NCBI GenBank assembly: GCA_028534125.1
Contig: CM052816.1
Location: 57,972,001-58,036,000, forward strand
Reading direction: 5' to 3'
DNA from: Lama glama
Taxonomy: Eukaryota
Length of the DNA: 64,000 bases
Positions within the stretch are counted from its first letter, which is position 1, and each line of letters begins with the position of its first letter. The notes below the pieces were generated by a model. The model saw only the letters and a list, made by a program, of their open reading frames with translations, made no database searches and was not told where the DNA came from. The translations under genes and the position numbers were made by a program. Below are positions 1 to 12,400 of this stretch, one piece after another.

Positions 1-369
1 TACCACATCTGACCTTCTGTGGGAGATTGTGGCTGGATGACTACATCTGCAGAATTAGGAAATTTTCATGTAGGAAACAAGGAATAAATTCAGGACCATG
101 TAATTCATGTTTACTTAACAGAGATTTGTTTTTGACATGATTCAATCAAATCTGGCTAAGGGGCATTTTGAGGCACTGGTAAATGTATTCTGTACCAACA
201 GAGGTAGCTCCCCTGAAAAAAAACAAGCCCAAAACCTATGATGCAGAAGTGATTCCAAAAGGTAGTCAGTCAAGCAAATCCTACCCTCTTCGATCATTTT
301 TTAAGAAAGACTCTGAAATTCCAGTTTAGGAAAGTTCAAGGAGGAAGGTAGGCAAATCAGGGACTTTGG

Positions 370-1203
370 ACTACATTGAGGTATCACCTCATACCAGCCA
401 GAATGGCCATCACTAAAAAGTCTACAAATAATAAATGCCAGAGAGGGTTTGGAGAAAAGGGAACCCGCGTACACTGTTGACAGAAATGTGAATCGGTGCC
501 GTGACTATGAAGGACAGTATGGAGGTTCCTTAAAAAACTAAAAACAGACTTACCATGTGATCCAGCAATCCCACTCCTGGGCATATATCTGGAGAGAGCT
601 CTAATTGAAAAAGACACCTGCACCCCAACGTTCACAGCAGCACTATTTACACTAGCCAAGACCTGGAAGCAACCTAAATGTCCATCAACAGGTGACTGGA
701 TAAAGGAGATGAGGTATACATATATATAATGGAATACTACTAGGCCATAAGAAAGAATGAAATAATGCCACTTTCAGCAACATGGATGGACCTAGAGATT
801 ATCATAGTAAGTGAAGTAAGAGAGAAAGGAAATATAGTATGATATCACTTATATGTAGAATCTAAAAAAAGATACAAATTTTATTTACAAACCAGAAATA
901 GACTCACGGACACAGAAAACAAACCACAGTTACCAAAGGGGAAAGTGGAGGGAGGGATAAATTAGCAGTTCGGGATTAACAGATACACACTACTATATAT
1001 AAAATAGATAAACAACAAGGACCTACCATATATATAGCACAGGGAACAATATTCAATTTCTTATAATAAGCTATAATGGAAAAGAATCTGAAAACACACA
1101 TATTTATGTATTATATGTATAACTGAATTACTTTGCTGTACATCTGAAACTAAGATTGTAAGTCAACTACACTTCAATTAAAAAAATAAAATTAAAAAAA
1201 TAA
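370..1203 (+). mobile_element. 5'-truncated LINE-1 (ORF2 C-terminus, 3'UTR, A-rich tail)
   Basis: Decayed frame [32 protein letters not shown]...[26 protein letters not shown] matches the L1 ORF2p C-terminal Cys-rich region. A-rich tail at ~1180-1203. Degenerate TSD aaatcagggactttg (354-368) / aaattgaggactttg (1202-1216). Confidence 0.95.
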
Positions 1204-3613
1204 ATTGAGGACTTTGCAAAAACTTGCTCTTAAGAAAATCTCTAGATTTTAACTTCTGTGAGAAGTAGCAGGTTCTCATAAGAAAATTAGCATGCATACA
1301 ATCACTCTCTACATTCCTATGTCGTATTACTCTCTTTTGGTTAATTTTTATGTATTTATATACTTAGAATAGATGCAATTTCCGTACATGTGCTAAGCAA
1401 AGTTCTTCCAATGCATTACTCTTTGTTTTTTCACAAATAAAATGGTATAAATTTGTCCCAGTGAAAATACCCACAGGTAAGCCGGCTCTGGAGAAGAATG
1501 GATGGAATCGTGCTCCAGAGAGTGTCCTCTGCTGGAGGCACAGAGCAGAACTGAAAGAAAGAACATTAGATTCTGTTCGAGAAAGGAACACACTGAACAC
1601 ATGCCCATTCATTTTGGAGTAGAGGCTGTCACTGGAGAAGGGCACAAAGGTTGTAGCAGTCACTACTGACTCAATTTAAACTCAAAAATCAGGAAAATGC
1701 AAGATTTCAAAATTAAGGGTTGGAAAGGCAGGAACGGAGAACACTGGAGCCCTCCCTCCTCAGCTCAGTGCGTTGGCGGAGCAGCGCAAGCTGGACAGGA
1801 GTGGGAGCCAAACAGAGTGAGCAGCAGTCCAACAAGAGGAGGACCTAACCTTGTTCCTGCTGGTTCCAGCTCCTTCAATGACAAAACGACTCCAAAGCCC
1901 TGGAAATTGTGATGTGGGTCCTGACTAGGATTTGAAGCTTGGGAATTGTTTCTCAAAGAGACTGGAACACTGGGCTACATTCCTGTGAGGCTGGAGTGCA
2001 GGTCAGAGCCGGGAGTGTGCCAGTCACGATCAGGGACTGCACAAGTGCACTCAGAGGTTCCTGGCTCTTCCCCAGCTCTGGTTTTGTACCTTCGTATAAG
2101 GTTATCCTCTATGGAGAGCCAAGGACCAGTGGGTTTACTGCAGTACAGTTATTTTGCAAACCACACTGATGAAAAGGGACCATTGTACATCCTGCCCCCA
2201 GGCACATCCAGTGGATCTTCCCTTTAAAGCCTGACTTTTTTTTTTTTCAGTGAGGAGGTACCAGGACCCCAGAGACCAGCAATGTATGCCCTCTCTCAGA
2301 GGACTATTCTGGATCAGGCTCTGGATGTGGTTCTGGAAGCAGCTTCCTAACCGAAATCGGACCAGAACACCAGCTCCAGATGAAGAGAATGCTCTTCCTC
2401 TTACAACTTTAGTCTTTGCAAAAGGAATCTGCCCTCAGACAACCAGGACTTGGGGGAAAATGGGCCAGAAGAGGATTTCAGTATATAAAATAGAGGCCTC
2501 CCCACACCAGCACTTGACTACGTATCCAGTATGTTTTGTGCAGTGTGACTAAATGTTTAATCTTGGGACAGAAAGCTTTGTAGGAATCTTAAAACATCTG
2601 AAAAATCTTTAATTTATGTCACTTTTTTCTTACAATTCTTAAAGGATATAAGCTGATGCTTTAATGTGTTTTCTATACTGTTCTGGAAAACGTCTACATT
2701 GCTTTGCTGTCATACCAACCAAGTTCATTATGAAATTTCCTAAATGTCTCATGTCTACAAAATTGTTTTAAAGAATATATGACACCTTTTTTTAATTATT
2801 AAAAAAATTAAGGGTTATGGGGCAAAGATAAGAAGTTAACTTACCAAGACTTCAGCCCTTGGGATTTTAATGTCAAGGAAAGAAAATATATTTCTCTTCC
2901 CTAGCCCATTTTTTTTTCAATAAAATGGTGGTGCATTGCGATAAGCTTCATTAGAGAAGGCATTATTTTAATATGTTGGTCTGTTTTTTATTTGATTTAA
3001 AGAATGACAGTAGCCCAGGGGTATCTAGTGGAACACTAGTTACATGGTTTGACAGGTAAAAAAAATACACCAAGTGAGACTTTTCCTATTAATGGATAAT
3101 TATTTAAATGAGCTCAATTACATGCCCTCCTCAGTTTGCATCTGAGTCTTACAGTCTACAGAGAGGTGCCCTGGCCAGAGAAGTCAGAGAGAGAGGGAGA
3201 ACCCGCTAACATTTTCTTATTAACATTTACTGGATGCTACAATAAATCTTCTGGGCTTTCATCTTGCTAACTTTATATTCTTTCCACTGTTTAAAAAAAA
3301 AAAATTTCAGACTATAGGAGAGATGCTGCCAAGAGCATCATCCATAGGAAATCATACCCTCCCACTCACTTATCTTCCATAAGGTTGCATGGAAGAGGGA
3401 GGTGCTGATGGAGCAGAACGCTAAGCCATTTTGTAAATTTGAATTCTCTGTTTCCCTTTGTTCCTCCTCTTTTTTGTAATGTCTGCATTTTGGCATTTCG
3501 GCATCGCCTCTTTGGTTTCAAAGCTTTCCAACTAAACACTTTCCGTGGAAAAAAAAAAAGGAAATATAGTAATTAGCATATATTATGTGGCTGAAGCAAA
3601 CTAGCATACTCAC

Positions 3614-3830
3614 AAACAAGTCTGTGTGACAGACGAGTCGGCCCTGTTTTGTCTCCCTTCCTGGACGGCCCACTCGCTCGGCTCACAGCCTGCCACTTGC
3701 CAACGAGAGATGCCCGCCCCTTCCCCTCCTCCGCTCCCAGCTTCCCGGCCACCGCACAGCCCCGCCAGCCCTACTGGCTCGTTAATGAGTTTCTAATTCA
3801 GTTTTGGCTCTGGAAGCCGGCCAGCTGCTG
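3614..3830 (-). promoter_or_regulatory. Candidate internal promoter and non-coding alternative first exon of MAP1B
   Basis: Local CpG/GC-rich patch, GC box GGGGCGGG (3720-3713) and donor TTT|GTGAGT with GT at 3613-3612. No ATG on the minus strand in 3720-3614. Confidence 0.5.
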
Positions 3831-5194
3831 CAGCCTGGGTCTTGCATTTCTCTTTCCACGTTATCAGAGAGCAGTCCACAAAGACAAGTCGTGGCACCGC
3901 TGGACTTGCGGGGCCTCACGTTGTCACAAGGCCTTGCTGGCTGCAGACAATAAAGGAGCTAAAGGCAGTCACCTCAGGGAGCCCATGTGTTGTGGGGGGA
4001 GAAGGAGGGAGACACCTCTGGGTGCTTGGAAGCAATTTGTAGGGCAGGGACACTGCTCTGCTATCACTGGGCTCTAGTCCAGCAGGAGAGGGAGAGGAAC
4101 CAGACCACATGGAATACTCTTTGGGTCAAAATTACGTGCTCTTTACACACAGGTGTCCTTCATGTGCCAGGACCCTGGAATGCTCTCCACCACGATTCCA
4201 GTGGCCAAGTGTCTCCTCTCAGATGCTGGAAGCGGGTCCATAAGCTGCCCCTGTCCCCGGATTCTCATGAGGATCATGAAATAGCAGTGCTGCTCAGAGG
4301 GAGGTTCTGTACGAGCCAGAGAACCTACAACTCTGGGAGGAAATGTTTAGAAAATGCTGTGAGACTTAAAGTGCTGGGACATACCTCGTTATCATGCAGT
4401 TTTCACACCACAGTTACGGAAATCTGTTCTACCCAGTCTTTCTGGGTTTTTACGTATGTTGTTCCCATTGTCTAGAATACTAGCCTCCTCCTGTTTCCTT
4501 GGCTGCTTCCTAGGTTCCTTCAGGTCTTGGAGACACAGCACCACCACTGGGAGTCTTCCCTGAATGGCCCAGGCCCAGAGCAGCTGGTGTTCACTCCTAC
4601 GGTGGCAAACCCCACACTGAGCTTCCCCACATGGTCAGTGCGGATGCCCACGCTGATGTCAGAAATCAAGTTTCAAGATGGAATCCAGGGCTTTCTTACA
4701 GACGGATGCTTGGCATTTATTTATTATTCATTAGGAGAGATGACTATGTGGAAAAAAGCCTCCTTAATGGAAACTGTCATTCAAGGTTTTGAAAAGAGTA
4801 CAGTACTATTGATCGAATAATGGATATAGGATAATTAAAAGGAGACTTTGCACATGCGGCAGCCAGGAATAGAAATTGATCTAGACTGCAAGTTATAGTC
4901 AGAAATTTTTAAATCGCTGCATAAAGGTGTCCCAACAAGCTGTGATCCTACCCAGTCATAAATACTGGAGAACAAGTTGTTAAAAACAGGCACTTGATTT
5001 AATCTAGTCATTAAATGAATGACTATCTTCTACCAACAAATATGGGTTTGAGATCCAACCAACTGATAATTTCAAGCATATAAGAGTCAAGGCACATTTC
5101 CAGAGACTGGCTGAATAGGGTTAGTTATCTTAGGAGGTAGCAAGGCCCCCATTGTAGAGACGAACATAAAAGCAGGGTTAAGGTTCCACCTGTC

Positions 5195-5390
5195 AGCAGT
5201 TCTAGAATGGTGCATCCTGGTCCTGGCTGACCAACAGAGGCAAACGAGGTTCTTGTGAAATTACACATGGCTGAACCCCATCTAGACCTACTAAACCAAA
5301 TCTCTAGAGTCAGGGTTGAAATCTGTGGTTTAAAAGCAGAGGGTGATGATTTTGATCACGAGGCAGATTTGGGAACCTCAGTTCTAGAGA
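5195..5390. mobile_element. MER5-like hAT-Charlie DNA transposon relic
   Basis: cagcagttct... start, internal ccccatctagacctactaaaccaaatctct and ...tttgggaacctcag end resemble MER5. Confidence 0.6.
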
Positions 5391-6049
5391 TTGTTCTATT
5401 GCTGGGTGGAGGGCAGATCTCCCTAAAAGCTTTTCTAGGGGCCCCTTTACATCCTACGTTTCAGTGGTTTATAACCACATTTGACACTGTAATAAGCAAT
5501 TAATAAGCAACTCCTCTGAGAAAGTCCTCTTCTTATCAACATATCAAGATAGTCATCTCTAGGGTTTGAAACATGAGATAACAATAAGGGGCTTTCACAA
5601 GTTAGAAACAGGAAAAGAAAGAATGAAAGAAAAAGACCTCCAGCCAGGAGAGTGAAGAGTAAAAGAAGAATGGAAGGAGCTAGAAGCCAGCATGAGAACA
5701 AGAACAAATGACTGGGCAGAGACCACGTTTTATTTCATTATCAGATGTAATTCACTCCACCAAATCCTGACAGAGAGCTGACCATGGGCATGGCCCTGAC
5801 CTGTGGGGTGGTGGTCTGCAAAAAGAGCAGGATGGCCCCTGCCTTCTGGACACACACTCTGGCAGGGGAAGGGAAGTGCTCAAGGAAACAGGGGTAACTG
5901 GAGGGTTCAGGAAGGCTGCCATGTAAAATGGCATCTAGATGGGACCCAAAAGATAGTGGGGAAAATGAAGCAAGATGGTGTGCAGCAGGGAGTTTCAAGC
6001 CCTGGAAACAAGATGTCAGGGCTTGTGAATCTGGACTAATCTATTCCAA

Positions 6050-6180
6050 ATCTCTGTCCTACAGATAGATATAGACATTAAGTTTCAGAAGGGCTACGTG
6101 ATTTGTCCAGAGTCACACAGCAAGATAATGGGAGCCAGGAGTCAGTATGCATATCCTGACACCCAAGCTTTTTCCTGTCC
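6050..6180 (-). mobile_element. MIR fragment
   Basis: gtgatttgtccagagtcacacagcaagataatgggagccagga resembles the reverse-complemented MIR core. Confidence 0.6.
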
Positions 6181-9100
6181 TCGAAGGACCACTGCAGTGG
6201 CTGAGCATGCTCCCACAGGGCTTCTTGACTCCTCAGCTCTGGGATCCAAACACCTTCCTCCTACACCTGCACTCAATCACACAGCAAATGGAAGCATCCC
6301 ATTAAGTGATATCACTCACATGACAAAGTGTCTTTGATTCTTAATCTAGATACTGCTCAGATTCCTTAGTAGTAGCCAAAGATGGGAGATGGGCTGCAAG
6401 AGAAGCAACTTAAGCTCAATTCTTAGGTTACCCATTTGGATCAGTGATGGATGAATCTCACCCACTTAGGCTAAAACTGTTGGTCACACATCCTTTCTTC
6501 TTTAGAAAAATAACAGATTAGGAAACATATTTACAAAATGATGCAGAATGAAGGCAGAGAATTCTATCCAGTAAGTCTCCTCTCCTTAGGCGTCTTTAGG
6601 TTTTGCTTTTACTGTCTTGGGAGACCCCTCGTGGCAAATTCTAAAGGATGGATGAAATGAAAATCCTCACACCCTGCACTGGAAGGCTTTAAGCCAGGTG
6701 GCATAATCACCCCCGAGCAACACTCACTGTGTTGTAATTAATATTCCCCGCCACGTGCATTCATAAAACAGAAAGGTCTCAGAGTGAAGTGGGAAGTGTT
6801 TTTTAATGATAATGATTCAATATTTGTGAAGTCCCTTCTGTGTTGGGTCCTTCACGATTCACGTAAACAGCAGAGCCTCTGGGCTCCACTGAAGCGATAG
6901 CATCTCAGGAGGGAAAATTATGTGATCATCCTTATGTTTCTTTAGAAATATTTCATAATCATGACCATAACATAGTGCAAGTAGCTACAGGGAGTAAGAT
7001 GGTAAGCTGCTGATAAAGAGCTATTTCCTTTTGGTTTTTTAAACTTTTTTTAAAGAGTATTTTCCTTTTCCTTAGAGCCATTTTATTTTCACCTCTCCTC
7101 CAAGGAGTAAGATAAAAGGAGAGAAAAAGAAGATGCTCTCCCCATCACGTCCTGACCCTCACATCAAAGATTTTTCAAGTCAGTCCCTTTGAAAAGATCT
7201 CAGAGGAAATGAAAAGGTCTTAAAATTGTCTTCCTGACAATGACTTTCATAAGGAGAAAAAAAATTTCTGCCTTTATTTTTGGTTCTTCCTTTTCTTCCC
7301 AGCTGAGACATTCACCTTATCAATCATATGAGTTTTGCCATGAAATGCCACATCCTTGATCACAGAATGTTAGGTCTTAAGCACCACAGAGTGGGTTCAG
7401 TGCCTGTTACCTCACACGGAGCGATGCTGCCTGCGGTGCCATCTCAGACGCGAAGGCCTGTAAGGTGTCTGAACTGCCTGTCGGTTCTGATTCTTTCAAC
7501 ACCTTTTTTTTTTTTTTAGCTGCACCATCAGCAAAGCCAAGTGTGATCTGAGGGTGCAGAAACCCCTGGGGTAGGTAAGAAGGGCAGAGGAACTCAGGAC
7601 CGTCACCAGCTACACCCACTGCAAATTTCCCCATCCATCCGTTGGACTCCTGCTCACTGGGGGACAAGAGGCCCTTTTAGTTGAAAGAATCTCAGAGCGG
7701 AGGCATTTCAGTTCATTCATCCCTTACTGTAGCACCAGCACTAGTACTAATTAAGAAATTTCTTGCAAGTCTTTCTGACGCTGCCTATATACCTGTCTCA
7801 AGGAATAGGACTAGCCCTGTTCACTCTACAACAGACTTAAAATAATATATTCTAGAATAAAATGACTGCATTATGAGGCTACTGAATTGATATAAAAGAA
7901 AGCACCATGGAACAATCAGCCAAGGGCCATTTACGGACCCTTCTCACCCGAAGAGATGGCCAAAAAAGGGATTTATTTCTAAACAGTGTAATCAGCTCGT
8001 CTACTCCCAGCCCACGTTCAATTCCTAGACAATAGTCATGGCTGCTGAAATCACTGCAGCTATTTCTAGCCCCGGCAAAATAAATATAGGCTCGAAGAAA
8101 GTGTAACTTGTAGTAAAAGACCTAATACTATTGCTCTTGACTTAAGATGTTATTCTCTTTTCAGTCTTTTCAAAAACAGCTGGGAAATGGCTGCAGGAAG
8201 TGTATTTGCTTGGGGTGGGGTTTAGTTCCAAACAGACAACTGCCCACCCCCTTTTCCTCTGCCCCTAATCCACAATAATATCTCTCTCCCTCCTGCTTCC
8301 CAAGTCTCATTTGTGCTCAAAGTGAGAATGGAAACACAAGGAAGATAAAAAGAGTCAGTAAAACCATCCCTTCCTCGCTTCAAAAAAACACTTTTGCCCT
8401 CCTGTACGAAAACTAAAACAGTCATCACAGTTTGGCTCATGAAAAAACTATAAGTAGATAAGGAAGTAGGAAAGGAGCTCGTTGGGTGTGATTCTGATGG
8501 AATCCCATCCTACCCGGTGAAAAGCATTATTTCATGCCTTCAGAGGCTGCACGTGCCCCACTTTTCAAGTTCAAAACACCATGAGTAAGGCCTGGATCTC
8601 ATGCTATTTGTGCAAAATTGTTCCCCTTAAAATTGGACTCAGCCTCAGATAGGAATTTGGTATGAAACTCTAGTTCCTAGACTAGGTCCCCTGAAGTCCC
8701 TGTTGAATCTTCATAAATGTTTCTTTCTTCATTTCCATCACTCAGTGACTAGAGGGCTCCCTCAAAAATCCATCAGTGCCAACTTTTAATGAACATTAAG
8801 AGAGTCTAGAAGGTACTTCTTCCTCCAGGGTGTAAGCTAAATCACTGATATAATGATGTTTATCAACAATATAACACAACATGTCAACTTAAATAATTTC
8901 AAATACACAGCCAGACAGAAGATGGCCTATTGTTACTTACTTACCAGCCCTTGAGAAGTAAACACCTACCAATACTCTTCATTGGGCTAACACATCCTGT
9001 CTACTCGGGAGATTCCAGACACTGGATATTTTTGCTCCTTTCCAAGACTCAAGAGTTGTTGCTGCTTTTAAGGATTCTTCAGAAATAAGTGCAAATGTAA

Positions 9101-9239
9101 GCATAATGGAATATCATATATCAATGTGCCTAATTCCTAAACATCTTTCTTCAAGGAAGGATCACCTCTCTACAGCCTTTTACTGAAGGTGGATTTTTTT
9201 TCCCAGTCTTGATGGTATAGGGCTCCTTCTCTCAAGAGA

Positions 9240-9450
9240 GGCAATGAAAGGAGCTGTGGAGAATATACTTGAGTTCAAATCCCAGTGCTGCAACTTGTTA
9301 GCTATGACCTTGGGCAGATTAGTGAATGCCTCTGATGCTCAGGTTCCTCATCATTAAATGGGAATAACAGGATCCACACCTCACAGGGCTGTAATAAGAA
9401 TTAAATGAGATCTAGTTCCTTAGCAGCCTGGCATGTGGGTGCTCACCATA
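9240..9450 (+). mobile_element. MIR SINE
   Basis: gagttcaaatcccag...tgaccttgggcag...ctcaggttcctcatcattaaatgggaataa...gcctggca matches the MIR core. Confidence 0.8.
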
Positions 9451-12400
9451 TGGGCATAGCTATAATTACCATAATAATTGGAGTTGGATAAACTACCCAA
9501 ATCCCTAACTTCCTGCATAAATGAGCCCTTTCAAAATCAAAATACAGACATTTATATAAAACCCTTCTGGACCAAATTCCCTCTCCTCCTCTCCAAGATG
9601 CCCAGTTGTCTCCGTTCCATGTCCTCCACCCATCAGCATTTACTCCTGACCTGCTCCACCATGAGTCCTGGAACAGGAACAGCACGGGGCTTTGTACACC
9701 CTCAATCTCACCTGCCACGTCCTTCTTCATTTCCACCGAGCACAGGTTTTAGATTTATTAGGAAATCACCAAAAGTCCAAGTTGCCATTGCATTACCAAG
9801 CTCTACACTGGTGATCCTCTCCAAATCAGTCATCCTAAAAATCACAGGACTAAAACCCCAGTGACCACATCCCCCATTGAGCCACGTGACATTTCCCTTG
9901 TGTATCCACCGCTGCTATCGGGAAGGGAGTCTGGTCCTGTTTTCCAAACACTTCTCTTTCTTCTCGCCAACTGCTCTAGTCACCTAAATAGCTGTGTAAA
10001 ATTAGGACAAGATTTAAGGTTCATTTTGTTTTGCATCATTTTAGAGTTTCCCACTCGTCCTTATTGTTAATCTGACTATAAGGACTGTAATAAAAATAGA
10101 TGAAAAAAATAATACCAGCTAGCATTTAGTAGGCGCTTTCTATGTGCAAGCCATTGTTGAAAGTGCTCTGCCTGTCATTTCCCATAGTCCAGAGCAGTTC
10201 CAGGAAGATCTAGACTTCTCCAGCAATGACCCATTAGGGGATGGCCATGAATCTTCTCAGGTAGGTATGGGCTGTCTAGTCATTTTTTCCACGTTTACGG
10301 AATGAGATCAATAATTCCTTTTAGGTTCTGCCTCCCCTCTTCCCTTAATCAAAGCCACCCTCCCCCGTCAGTCCCCTTGGAGTGCATGGGAGCCCATGCC
10401 AGCTGTCCCCAGGATCCCATCTCCAGCTTGTCCCTTGCCTCCCGCTGCCTTCAGCCTGCAGCTGCAGCTGTTGACCTGTGTTTTGCTGCTATTTGCATTT
10501 CAAATAAGTTAATAAAAGCAAGAAACTAAATAATAAATTGGAGATTTGTGCTTAAAACAACAATAACAAAGGCCTTTGATTAACCCACAGTGCCACAGAA
10601 AAGCAACTCAGTAATAGCACTGATGGTACTTGATATACATACAGGGCCTCTCAGCTGATTGCCTCGGGATCTTTATAAACATCACTCTCTCAATCCAGAG
10701 TGAAAAAAAAAAATCACATCTTTGGGTAGGAAAACTAAGTCAAAATAGAGATAAAAGAAATATACTGATTTGCATACAGTTACAACTGAAGTCAGTCAAT
10801 CATTCATACATCTGTACCACACACATGTACTAAGTATTGACCAAGCGCCAGTCATGGGGCTTAGAATCCATTGCCCGGTACCAGAAGCCTACAGTGAGCA
10901 ATGAGGAGCCAGCCAGGAAGAAGGAAGATCTGCTCCACGAGATGCTGCTGCTTCTCCATCTGACTCACAAGGTCTCCCTGGCCTCAGTCTCCTCATCTGT
11001 AAAGTGGGAGCAGGTAAGGAGGGAGTTTGTACTGGCTGCTCCAGAGAGTCCTTTTCCCCCCTACACTCCAGAGTAACTTTGGCACTTTGATCTTGCTCTG
11101 TGTCCCTGTGTATGTCAGAGAAAACAGTTTCCCATATTGTGCACGGAAATGCAGAGCCACAAAAGTTGGAACCAGAAAAGGCAGAAAGTCCCTACATCTT
11201 ACCAGGTCCTGGTTTCCTGGTATACAAAATGGGAACAATGACAATCTTATCTTGGGTTGTTCCAAGATTTTAAAAAGGTCACATATGAGAACTGCATTGG
11301 AAAGCCTGTACAAATGAGCCTTATCACTCACGGCCCTGAAATGCAACAGTCATCTTCAGGACCAGGAATCAATAGCTCATCTTTCTATACTTAAGCATCT
11401 CGGTCACATTTTATGTTTTTACTGTTCAGTTAGCACACAGTGACTTTTACTATGTGGCCGTGCTCTATTCCATGATCAGGTTGCCTTTTGTTTTTAATAA
11501 GATGAGATTTTAAAAATTTCCTCTCTTCATCTGTTGTCTCCTTTGCCCGTAAGTAAATGTTTGTTTAGCCAAACAGATTTTTGTCTCCTAAGCTGAATGC
11601 TTATCCCCACAGGGGGCATAGGAAATTCCATACTGAAGAAAGTTAGTCTCAGGAGCAGGAAGGGGTGGGTGTCGCTGGCATGGTCTGCACCTCCCAGGCT
11701 GGTGCCTTCTCCCTGCTGCCTGCAGGCAGCCTGCAATAGCAAACGTGATGGTAAACAAATGCCATAAAGAAAAACTGAAAGCAGAGGGATTGAAAGCAGG
11801 GGTTGAGGGGGTGCAGAGATGACAGCCTGAGGAGCTAGATGTGTGTTCAACATGAAAATCCTTTAACTGCCTCTATACTCCTTCTATCGGATGGTCTACC
11901 AGAAGACTACTCAAAAGTGAGGGAGAAACTGTCAAGAAACAAAGTGATTTAGGAAATGCTACAAAAACAGCCACCATAGATTACAGAGCATCACTGCTCT
12001 CCTAACTCTACTGACGTTAGGAATATAGAGTGGAGACCCTGAACGTGGCTGTGTGTGCCTGGAAATAATGGTTGTGCAATTCCTTGATGAGGGACATTAC
12101 CCTTTGCAGATTTAAACATTCTGTCCTATTTACAGAGATTTTCATTTAATCCACATTTTGTTGTTGTTGTTAGCATAACTATCAGAAACATCCAAAGACA
12201 GGAATGCACAAAACCACAACCTGTTTTCACATTCTCACTCAATCATATTCTCAATCACTACTTTTATTAAGTCAGTCCACAACTTAAGAACCATCAGGGG
12301 CTCCCTAGTACCCTCAGGATTAATCCAAGCTTCTCAGCCTAGAATTTAAGCCCTTTCCCAGGCTGGCTCTTTGCTATACTCTGGGGGGAGCAAGTGGGGT

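Noticed and set aside
384..659. 91-aa minus-strand ORF
   Set aside because: Antisense frame of an L1 ORF2 relic, a common false protein.
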